The notes under the pieces were generated by a model. It made no database searches. It was not told where the DNA came from and worked only from the letters and a program-made list of their open reading frames with translations. A stretch of DNA of 64,000 nt, taken from NCBI GenBank assembly GCA_044341565.1, contig JBIIRM010000003.1, positions 45,187 through 109,186 on the forward strand, given 5' to 3'. Origin of the DNA: Minisyncoccia bacterium. Its GTDB lineage: Bacteria > Patescibacteriota > Minisyncoccia > SW-4-49-11. The translations under genes were made by a program, and so were the position numbers. Positions 15,424-23,019 of this stretch are shown one piece after another; position 1 is the first letter of the stretch; each line of letters begins with the position of its first letter.

Positions 15424-15492
15424 TAGGGGCGACCTTTCAGTCGCTCGTTTTTTATAACTATAATCTATTTCGGGAGACTGAAAGGTCGAATA
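15424..15492. repeat. hairpin/inverted-repeat element GTAGGGGCGACCTTTCAGTCGC ... GACTGAAAGGTCG (second family copy at 62383-62404)
   Basis: GCGACCTTTCAGTCGC hairpin + T-run at 15429-15453. The 13-bp partner GACTGAAAGGTCG lies 30 nt downstream, with a TATAAT hexamer (15459-15464) between them. The near-identical GTAGGGGCGACCTTACAGTCGCC recurs at 62383-62404. Confidence 0.6.
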
Positions 15493-15529
15493 GTATATGA
15501 TATAAAAATAATGTCCTTCAAGTTGAGGT

Positions 15530-15799
15530 TTGAGGATGCAAAGTTTGGCTGATTTTGCCCCACTAGAATTGGCGTGTTTATGTTTCATTAGATATGCTAC
15601 TGATATACATTACGACAATCTGAGGGAGATGATTCACTTTACTCTGAGGAGGGGATTAGAGGCTGGTATTGATATAAGATTTATTCAGAGAAATCCTATA
15701 TTTATAAAAGCCTGGGATCTTTTTATAGGCTATAAAGAGCCAAATAGTCAACACCCTAGTAATATCATTTATTTGTCTGGGAGACTTACTCCGTACTAA
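15530..15799 (+). CDS. hypothetical protein (89 aa)
   Basis: ORF with the probable true start at ATG 15536. Followed by hairpin CTCCTCC..GGAGGAG + T-run at ~15816-15850. Confidence 0.3.
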   Translation: MRMQSLADFAPLELACLCFIRYATDIHYDNLREMIHFTLRRGLEAGIDIRFIQRNPIFIKAWDLFIGYKEPNSQHPSNIIYLSGRLTPY

Positions 15800-15888
15800 G
15801 TTTTCAGTTCAATTTTTACTCCTCCCGTCGACTGATGAGGAGGAGATTTTCTTTTTAAGGAGAGGGAGATTTTAAAATCTCCTAAATA

Positions 15889-18252
15889 TTATTTTACCAA
15901 TTTACCGACTCGAAGGGCTTTTGTGAGGAACACTTCGTATGGGCTTAAATCCTGAGTTGAGGTGTATGTAAAACTTTCGATTTCCTTACCGAGTGATATG
16001 CTATTTTGTGATTTGTAGGCTCTCACGCCTTCTACTACGGATAATATATCTGTCATCAAATTATTCTCCTCTTCGGACAATTGCCAAGTTGTGTTGGTCT
16101 GTGGCCAAGCTGAATTATGTATACTCTTTGATTCGATATTGGAATATAATCCTTGATATAGCTCTTCGGTAATAAATGGCAAAATAGGAGCATATAATTT
16201 GAGTAGGCTCTCAATATAAATGTAGAGAGTATATTGGGCCGCTTTTCGTGAATTTTGCCCTTCAGGAGACTCGTCATATAGTCGATATTTGATCAGCTCA
16301 AGATAATAATCAGTGAATTTATTCCAGAATAATTGGTCTATTGCGGTTCGAGCTTTATAATATTCATATTGCTCAAAACTATGAGTAGCAATTTCAATCG
16401 TTTGATTGAGCTCGGATAATATCCATTTGTCTATTAATTCTAATTCTGGAGCTGTATCAGGTAAAGTGAAATTGACTAAATGCATTTCAGCAAATTTACC
16501 TGCATTGAAGAGTTTATTGACGGTCTTTTTCCCTTTTTTGATTTCCTCTTCATTATAGCGAATATTTTCACCAAGAGTGGTTCCTGTAGCCCAATATCTC
16601 ATGGCGTCAGCCCCATAGGTAGCGATTGTAGTCTCAGGTGGGGTGAAATTCCCTAATCTCTTAGAGATTTTGCGTCCTTGGGTATCGAGTCCATGACCTG
16701 ATATCATCACATCAGTGAAGGGGAGGGTATTATGATGAAAATAGGCTTTGGTGACTGTATAGAATAACCATGTTCTGATTATCTCAAAGGCTTGTGGCCG
16801 CAGGCTAGATGGGAAAAGTTTAGCGGCAATATCTGGGTTCTCCACAAGCTTAGCTCCGATTTCTGGTGACATAGAAGATGTCATCCAAGTATCCAGCACA
16901 TCTTGTTCTGCTATTAAGTCCTCAGCTTTATATCCGCGTGGAGTATATTCGGTTGGGTCTACTGGAAGCTCATCTTCTTGAGGGAGTATGATTTTTCCGG
17001 TTTTTCGATGATACCAGACAGGAATTGGTACTCCGTAATAGCGTTGGCGGGATATACACCAATCCCATTTGAGTGAGCTTACCCAATCTGAGTAAATAGA
17101 AAACATTCGCTTTGGATTCCAATTGAGTTTGCGACCTTGTTCTAATAATGCCTCTTTATGTTCTACAACATTGATAAACCATTGTTTGGTGATAATGAAT
17201 TCAATAGGGGTTCCTGATCTTTCGGATACTTGTATGGTATGAGTAATAGGAGTTTGTTTGATAAGAAGATTTTGAGTTTTCAGATCTTCTAATATAGTAT
17301 TGCGAAGTTTACTAATATGTGTACCAGCATAGGCTCCCGCAAGTTCCCCGAGAATTCCTCGTTCATTAAATATAAGGCGAGTTTCTAGATTATATTTTTT
17401 CCATTTAGCAATATCCTCACTATCTCCCCATGTACATACCATCATAAGTCCTGTTCCAAATTCTCGGTCTACTGTCTCATCGGTGAGTATAGGGATACTA
17501 TGTCCTGAAATAGGAGTAATAGCTTTTGTCCCAATCAGATGCTGATAACGCTTATCCTCGGGGTGGAAGAATAAGGCTACTGCAGCGGGGATAAGTTCGG
17601 GCCGGGTGGTCGCAATAATAAGGTCTTCTCCTGTGTCCTCGGACTTAAAAATAATATCATTAAGATGAGATTTTTGCTCTAAGTCTTCTAAATCGGTTTG
17701 AGCGAGGGCAGACTGAAAACTAATATCCCACATAATAGGTTCTTCTCTTTGGGATAGGAATCCTTTGCGATAAAGGTCAATAAATGACCATTGGGCAATT
17801 TTTTGGGAATGAGGATTAATAGATGAATATGTTTTTGACCAATCAACAGAAATACCAAGTAATGACCAGAGATTACGATATGTTTCTATCCCTTTTTGGG
17901 TTTCCTCGAGGCATAACTTTACGAATTCAGAGCGACTTATGGCGTCTTTATTCTTGATCTTATATTTTTTCTCCACATGGCGCTCAGTGGGCAGTCCATT
18001 ATCATCAAATCCCATTGGATAAAATACATTATAGCCTTGCATTCTCTTGAAGCGTACGACAAATTCAGCTTGAGAATAACTCATTATATGTCCAGGATGC
18101 AAATGATCAGCCGATACATAAGGTGGGGGAGTATCTACGGAGAATATAGGCCTATTTGATATCTCATCAAAAGCATAAATATTGTGCTTTGCCCAGAATT
18201 CACGCCAATAGGCTTCTCGTTCGCTAATTTCGTATTTGGAGGGAAGTGACAT
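15889..18252 (-). CDS. valS: class I aminoacyl-tRNA synthetase, valyl-tRNA synthetase-like (short form, 787 aa)
   Basis: HIGH-type motif HLHPGH, KMSKS-type KISKRLGN, and editing-domain motif ATTRPELIPAAVALFFHPEDKRYQHLIG resembling the ValRS TTRPET..HPED.RY..LIG signature. Valine versus leucine specificity is not certain. Confidence 0.7.
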   Translation of the reverse strand: MSLPSKYEISEREAYWREFWAKHNIYAFDEISNRPIFSVDTPPPYVSADHLHPGHIMSYSQAEFVVRFKRMQGYNVFYPMGFDDNGLPTERHVEKKYKIKNKDAISRSEFVKLCLEETQKGIETYRNLWSLLGISVDWSKTYSSINPHSQKIAQWSFIDLYRKGFLSQREEPIMWDISFQSALAQTDLEDLEQKSHLNDIIFKSEDTGEDLIIATTRPELIPAAVALFFHPEDKRYQHLIGTKAITPISGHSIPILTDETVDREFGTGLMMVCTWGDSEDIAKWKKYNLETRLIFNERGILGELAGAYAGTHISKLRNTILEDLKTQNLLIKQTPITHTIQVSERSGTPIEFIITKQWFINVVEHKEALLEQGRKLNWNPKRMFSIYSDWVSSLKWDWCISRQRYYGVPIPVWYHRKTGKIILPQEDELPVDPTEYTPRGYKAEDLIAEQDVLDTWMTSSMSPEIGAKLVENPDIAAKLFPSSLRPQAFEIIRTWLFYTVTKAYFHHNTLPFTDVMISGHGLDTQGRKISKRLGNFTPPETTIATYGADAMRYWATGTTLGENIRYNEEEIKKGKKTVNKLFNAGKFAEMHLVNFTLPDTAPELELIDKWILSELNQTIEIATHSFEQYEYYKARTAIDQLFWNKFTDYYLELIKYRLYDESPEGQNSRKAAQYTLYIYIESLLKLYAPILPFITEELYQGLYSNIESKSIHNSAWPQTNTTWQLSEEENNLMTDILSVVEGVRAYKSQNSISLGKEIESFTYTSTQDLSPYEVFLTKALRVGKLVK

Positions 18253-18364
18253 AGATAGGGTATAGTTATACTAATTACTGCGTAGTATATCAGAGAATAG
18301 TATCTTATTCAATAATGGGTATTATGTAGTCAGGAGTTGACAAATATGATAATTTATGATATAT

Positions 18365-18665
18365 AATATATACAATGCCTTTTTGTGATGACTGCCCTCA
18401 TCCCGCCTCCCGTCCTCCCAAAGAGGGGTTGTCCGCCGTCTCGTTGGAGATTGGTGACTACCCCTTCGGGGGTGAAAAAAATTGAGGAGATCAATTCTCC
18501 TCTACTACTTCCGAGTGAAGTAGTAATCACTCCGTTTCCCGTCATTGAGATGAACTCTCATGCGTGGAAGCGTCTCAGAAAGCGGGAGCTCTATGTCACT
18601 AATCCCGCCCCCCGACCTCCAATGGGAGGCGTTAATGGTAAGGGCTTCGGTCCTCGTCATTAATC
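18365..18665 (+). ncRNA. candidate structured RNA: promoter-preceded ~300-nt GC-rich segment without convincing ORF
   Basis: TTGACA at 18327-18332 plus an AT-rich -10 (TATAAT 18352-18357) upstream. ~50% GC, UUCG-tetraloop hairpins (CCCCTTCGGGGG at 18461-18472, GGGCTTCGGTCC near 18643), ORFs in multiple overlapping frames. No match to the RNase P, tmRNA or SRP core motifs I can recognise. Confidence 0.25.
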
Positions 18666-18761
18666 ATCATTCTTTCAATTCAACTAAACTAAACCTCATA
18701 GTTTGCTATGGGGTTTTTACTTTATGCTATAATAAAAGAAGTAATAATTAATACTATACCT

Positions 18762-19049
18762 ATGTTGGAATTATATCAAAGAGAAGAATGTCCTTTTTGC
18801 CGTAAGGTAAGAGTAGTACTTAATGAATTGGAATTAGATTATATATGTAGAATTTCTCATACAGGATCTCAGCAAAGAGAAATTATGTTGAAATTGGGAG
18901 GACAACCTCAAGTACCCTTTCTAGTGGATCAATCTAAAGGTATTATGATGTATGAATCTGATGCTATTGTGGAATATCTTCAGAAAACGTATGGTAAATC
19001 ACCTCAAAATGAAACTAATAATAATCCAAAAGTATGTCCGATAGAATAA
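18762..19049 (+). CDS. glutaredoxin-like protein
   Basis: MLELYQREECPFCRKV: CPFC active site at the N-terminus of a thioredoxin fold. The start is taken at the internal Met (18762) rather than the ORF-track start. Confidence 0.7.
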   Translation: MLELYQREECPFCRKVRVVLNELELDYICRISHTGSQQREIMLKLGGQPQVPFLVDQSKGIMMYESDAIVEYLQKTYGKSPQNETNNNPKVCPIE

Positions 19050-19576
19050 ATCTATCTCCTACAGAAACACCCAAAGCCTCCAATAAACGTTGGATACGCA
19101 ATGGCATTGCAATTGTATTAGTAATAATTGTCACTACTATATTTACTATTTTTAGTCCTACAACTGAGATTATTAAACATAGTCTTAGTGCTGAAGGTTG
19201 TAGTGAAACCGAAGCGATAGGAGCAAAATGTATATTCAAATCAGGAGAAAAAGAATTGACATTGCGAGAATGTACTACAGATAAACCTTGTGATAAATCA
19301 GAGTATATGTTAGGGAAAAAAGATAAGAATACGCAATATGTTATTGTGAAATCTCAAGTTTTTGGTGAGTCTATACAAATACTTTCAATTGATGTTGAAG
19401 CTATGAGTCAATCTGAAATTGGTAATGCTTTTTATACTGAGGTGAGTGAAGAATGTAAATCCAAGGATACCTATGAGGAAAAATGTTTTAGCTTTCCCGT
19501 AAATGAAGAGCAGAGAAAAGATATTGCTGAACAGAATAAAAAATATAATACTTTGCTAAAAGATTATAGTAAATAA
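19034..19576 (+). CDS. membrane-anchored hypothetical protein (N-terminal TM, Cys-containing ectodomain)
   Basis: The ORF has a single TM helix (IAIVLVIIVTTIFTIF). Confidence 0.45.
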   Translation: MSDRINLSPTETPKASNKRWIRNGIAIVLVIIVTTIFTIFSPTTEIIKHSLSAEGCSETEAIGAKCIFKSGEKELTLRECTTDKPCDKSEYMLGKKDKNTQYVIVKSQVFGESIQILSIDVEAMSQSEIGNAFYTEVSEECKSKDTYEEKCFSFPVNEEQRKDIAEQNKKYNTLLKDYSK

Positions 19577-19578
19577 AT

Positions 19579-20478
19579 TTATTTCTTCTTTATCTCATGC
19601 CCACCAAATTCATTGCGAAGGGCAGCGAGAGTTTTACCCGCAAAGGATTCTTCTTGTCGGGAACGGAAGCGAGTATATACCGCATCAGTAATGATGGGTA
19701 GGGGTACGGCATGTTCTATAGCAGTATTAACTGTCCAGCGTCCCATACCATTATCATCTACATAATCGGTAAGAGCGTCTAAATTTGTATCTTTTTGGAA
19801 AGCGTCATAAGCTAAGTCCATTAGGAATGAGCGAATAATAGAACCATTTTTCCAAACCTTGGATACTTCTTGCATATTGAGATTAGAATAAGGTCCTTCT
19901 TTAACAAGTTCAAATCCTTCAGCCATGGCCTGCATAATTCCATATTCAATTCCATTATGCACCATTTTTACAAAATGACCTGAGCCCGAGGCTCCCATAT
20001 AGGCATAGGCATCAGGAGCTGCAAGAGCTTCCCATAGAGGATTATAGGATTCTATAAGTGATTTATTACCACCTATCATTAAAGAAAATCCAATTTCCTC
20101 ACCTTTGAGGCCTCCACTGGTTCCAACGTCAATAAAATGAATAGATTTAGACTCGAGTAACTCGGCTTGAATTTGGGAATCTTTAAAATAACTATTTCCT
20201 CCATCAATTATAGTGTCTCCAGGGGCAAGAATTTCGGATAGCGTAATAATAGTGGAGCGGGTAATTTCACCGGCTGGGACCATAAGCCAAATAGTACGAG
20301 GAGTAGGTAAATGTGATATGAGATCGGCTACTGACTCATAGGTAGTGACTCCAAAAGTGTTAGCTAAATTACGAGTTTCCTCTGAGGGTGCAAATCCAGA
20401 TACGGTATGATTATGCTGTATAGCTCTCTTGGCTATAGCAAGTCCCATTTTCCCGAGCCCAATAATTCCAATATTCAT
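19579..20478 (-). CDS. gnd: 6-phosphogluconate dehydrogenase (decarboxylating)-like, short (~300 aa) form
   Basis: N-terminal NAD(P) fold MNIGIIGLGKMG, ...GGNS... and GHFVKMVHNGIEYG motifs typical of 6PGDH. Confidence 0.8.
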   Translation of the reverse strand: MNIGIIGLGKMGLAIAKRAIQHNHTVSGFAPSEETRNLANTFGVTTYESVADLISHLPTPRTIWLMVPAGEITRSTIITLSEILAPGDTIIDGGNSYFKDSQIQAELLESKSIHFIDVGTSGGLKGEEIGFSLMIGGNKSLIESYNPLWEALAAPDAYAYMGASGSGHFVKMVHNGIEYGIMQAMAEGFELVKEGPYSNLNMQEVSKVWKNGSIIRSFLMDLAYDAFQKDTNLDALTDYVDDNGMGRWTVNTAIEHAVPLPIITDAVYTRFRSRQEESFAGKTLAALRNEFGGHEIKKK

Positions 20479-20517
20479 ATATGTTATAATTTAAATATAA
20501 TAATAGTATAGCATGAT

Positions 20518-21108
20518 ATGAAAATAATTTTGACGGGAGCACATGGTACGGGTAAAAGCACTTTATTGGAGCATTTAAGAGAATATTATCAGTTAAATAC
20601 TCTCAAAAGAACAGTGAGGAATTTTTGGGAGGATAATGGTGTAGTTGATTTTGAAAAATTACCGAGTGATGTACGGGCTATATTCCAAAAGCATTTATTA
20701 TTAAATCAATTAGATAAAGAAAATGATTTGTGGGAAGGGGGATTTATTACTGATAGATCAGTACTCGATTATCTTGGGTATACGGTGGTATCAAGTACTA
20801 TGTCTGATATTGATTTAGAGTTATATAAAGCTCTCATTCGAGAGAGATTATTGCAATATGATTATATTATTTATTGTCCGGTAGAATTCCCAGCAGAGGC
20901 AGAATATTTGAGGGCCGATCCCAAATCACAAATACAAGTTGCAGATGTATTAGAAGAGCATTTAGCTTTATGGCTAAAACCAGAACAATATTGTATTGCA
21001 AGAGGTAGTGTCGAAGAGAGGCTAGAGCAAATTAAGCAATTTATTGGGACTCCAAATATCTCTGTAGACTATATTTCCAATGAGGAATCGGAGAATTTAC
21101 TATGGTAG
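20518..21108 (+). CDS. P-loop ATPase/kinase-like protein (AAA_28-like)
   Basis: Walker A GAHGTGKST at the N-terminus, 196 aa. Convergently overlaps rfbD by ~68 nt. Confidence 0.55.
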   Translation: MKIILTGAHGTGKSTLLEHLREYYQLNTLKRTVRNFWEDNGVVDFEKLPSDVRAIFQKHLLLNQLDKENDLWEGGFITDRSVLDYLGYTVVSSTMSDIDLELYKALIRERLLQYDYIIYCPVEFPAEAEYLRADPKSQIQVADVLEEHLALWLKPEQYCIARGSVEERLEQIKQFIGTPNISVDYISNEESENLLW

Positions 21109-21877
21109 TAATGCGTCTTTTATCGAGTACAGAATAATAGGGTCTTTGAGCAGGAGTAGGATAATCTGTGGTTGGAATTGGTATTATTTGGCATTCAATA
21201 TGTTGTAGGTTTACAATTTCATAAGCAAAATCATACCAAGATGCCACACCTTGATTAGAATAATGTAAAATTTGTTTTGTCCCAGATGGGAGTTTGGGTA
21301 ATAATTCAAGAATAGCTTTAGCTAAATCAGGAGCATAAGTTGGGCTTCCAATTTGATCTGAAACTATATTGAGTATATCTCGCTCTTGGGCAAGGCGGGT
21401 GATTGACTTTACAAAATTATTGCCATAAGGAGAATATAGCCAAGAAGTTCGAATAATATATGCTGAATGCGCAAGTTCTATAATAGCCTTCTCACCCTCT
21501 AATTTGGATTTACCATATATGGAAAGGGGATTAGTATTATCATCTTCTGTATAGGGAATATGATTTGTCCCATCGAATACATAATCAGTGGAAATATGTA
21601 TAAGGGGAATTGTGAATTGCTGACTAATAAGGGCAAGATTATGAGCTCCCTCACTATTTACTTGATAGGCAATTTCAATTTCTTGCTCGGCTTTATCTAC
21701 TGTGGTATAGGCGGCCGCATTGATAATAGAATTAATAAAATTTTTCTCTACAAAATCTTGTAGAGCTGATATATTAGTAATATCTAATTCACGACCTTTG
21801 AATATAGCTTGCTCGTCAGTGAGAATAGCTCTTAGACATTGTCCCAATTGCCCATTGGCTCCTGTTACCAATATCAT
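21041..21877 (-). CDS. rfbD: dTDP-4-dehydrorhamnose reductase
   Basis: MILVTGANGQLGQ Rossmann start plus an SDR-type YxxxK region. The start is placed at the Met giving a 4-nt overlap with rfbC. Confidence 0.8.
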   Translation of the reverse strand: MILVTGANGQLGQCLRAILTDEQAIFKGRELDITNISALQDFVEKNFINSIINAAAYTTVDKAEQEIEIAYQVNSEGAHNLALISQQFTIPLIHISTDYVFDGTNHIPYTEDDNTNPLSIYGKSKLEGEKAIIELAHSAYIIRTSWLYSPYGNNFVKSITRLAQERDILNIVSDQIGSPTYAPDLAKAILELLPKLPSGTKQILHYSNQGVASWYDFAYEIVNLQHIECQIIPIPTTDYPTPAQRPYYSVLDKRRITTIVNSPIPHWKYSLQRYLESQ

Positions 21878-22458
21878 AGCTTTCCTAAATATTCTTCTAA
21901 ACTCGGCCATTGCAAATCTCTATCGGCAACTATTTGTTTATCTTGTGGAATTTGCCAGTCGATATTAAGCGTGGAATCAGAAAAAATAATTCCTCCTTCA
22001 GCTTCTTTATTATAATTATTATCGCATTTATAGGCAAAAATTGCTGTCTCAGACAATACGGCAAATCCATGAGCAAAACCTCGAGGAATAAGTAATTGTC
22101 TAAAGTTTTTGTCAGATAATTCTACAGCTATATATTGCCCCCGAGTTGGGGAGTTGGGTCTTAAATCTACTGCTACATCGAGTACAATTCCCGATACAGC
22201 TCTTACTAATTTAGCTTGTGCTGATTCTCCTGTTTGAAAATGTAATCCCCGAATAGTGCCATATTGAGAGAATGACTGATTGTCTTGTACAAAACTATAA
22301 TTTAGATTTTTATCTGCAAACTTTATCTGACTATATGTTTCTACAAAATATCCTCGTGTATCTGTGAAAACCTGAGGTTCTATAATAAGTAAATCTGGAA
22401 TTGAGGTTGATATAATATTCATATATATAAGTATATCATAAAGTAGTTTAAATGGCAT
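21874..22458 (-). CDS. rfbC: dTDP-4-dehydrorhamnose 3,5-epimerase
   Basis: Cupin motifs TDTRGYFVETY and RGLHFQ, ~190 aa. Confidence 0.85.
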   Translation of the reverse strand: MPFKLLYDILIYMNIISTSIPDLLIIEPQVFTDTRGYFVETYSQIKFADKNLNYSFVQDNQSFSQYGTIRGLHFQTGESAQAKLVRAVSGIVLDVAVDLRPNSPTRGQYIAVELSDKNFRQLLIPRGFAHGFAVLSETAIFAYKCDNNYNKEAEGGIIFSDSTLNIDWQIPQDKQIVADRDLQWPSLEEYLGKL

Positions 22459-22483
22459 TAATATTAATATAAGTTAGTTGCTC

Positions 22484-22511
22484 TTGACAATTTAAATAAA
22501 AAGAGTATAAT
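22484..22511 (+). promoter_or_regulatory. near-consensus sigma70 promoter TTGACA-16-TATAAT
   Basis: Hexamers at 22484-22489 and 22506-22511. The ATG at 22513 is too close to be in the transcript, so the promoter reads into the GC-rich segment. Confidence 0.65.
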
Positions 22512-22517
22512 TATGAG

Positions 22518-22790
22518 CGTTGTTCATTCGAGAACTGTTTTGACCAGTGATGCTTGGGACTTGATCACAACCCGCAAGGGTGATTCCCTCTCGGTACCTC
22601 GGAGACCAACTACCTGCACAGAGACGGGAGACTCCTGTCTCTGTGGGCCGGGGGAATGCCGATTCCTCAACCCTCTCCCACCACATCCTGTGGAGTCGGT
22701 GGAGGTGCTCTTCACGGTTGGTCGCTAGTAGGCCAATTCTCACAAAATCAAAAAGAGAGTCACCCACATTTGGGTTGACTCTTTTCATTT
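22518..22790 (+). ncRNA. candidate ~270-nt structured RNA (GC-rich, promoter- and terminator-bounded) upstream of ileS
   Basis: ~52% GC, overlapping ORFs in four frames. It ends in a strong plus-strand terminator (22756-22794), ~230 nt before the ileS start. No T-box (AGGGTGGnACCGCG), RNase P, tmRNA or SRP motifs were found by eye. Confidence 0.3.
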
Positions 22791-22794
22791 TATT
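22756..22794 (+). terminator. intrinsic terminator AGAGTCACCCA-CATT-TGGGTTGACTCT + TTTCATTTTATT
   Basis: 11-bp stem with one bulge followed by a T-rich tract. Confidence 0.7.
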
Positions 22795-22802
22795 AACAAT
22801 AA

Positions 22803-22835
22803 AAAAAGCCCTCAATGCAGGGGCTTACATTTGCA
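22803..22835 (-). terminator. minus-oriented intrinsic terminator (GCCCT..AGGGC with A7 on plus = T7 on minus)
   Basis: Seen in sequence. It could insulate the candidate RNA from antisense read-through, or terminate a short minus transcript. Confidence 0.5.
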
Positions 22836-23019
22836 TGCTGCGTCTGAATCCCTTATTATAGACATCGGAAAATAATATATTTTTCCCTTGAAGTTAAGGT
22901 GGGTTTCAATTTTTCGCAGCCCCATTCTGAAGGCTTTATACCAGTATATAGTATTTTAGGTGAATTGAAAAGGAAGTAATTTTATGCTATGATAAATGCA
23001 ATGATTAATCAATTTTGTT

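Noticed and set aside
18354-18663. ORFs 18385..18663 (+) and 18354..18545 (-)
   Set aside because: Pro/Gly/Arg-rich translations of a GC-rich hairpin-dense segment with no RBS. Interpreted as a candidate structured RNA.
22515-22790. T-box riboswitch leader for ileS
   Set aside because: The promoter-leader-terminator architecture fits, but the conserved T-box sequence (AGGGTGGnACCGCG) and a recognisable specifier/antiterminator arrangement were not found, and the terminator lies ~230 nt from the start codon. Left as an unclassified RNA candidate.
22492-22861. Four overlapping 60-107-aa ORFs on both strands (22492..22815-, 22513..22728+, 22524..22715-, 22580..22861+)
   Set aside because: Mutually overlapping in a GC-rich promoter-to-terminator segment. 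The first ATG lies upstream of the predicted TSS. Treated as a non-coding RNA candidate instead.
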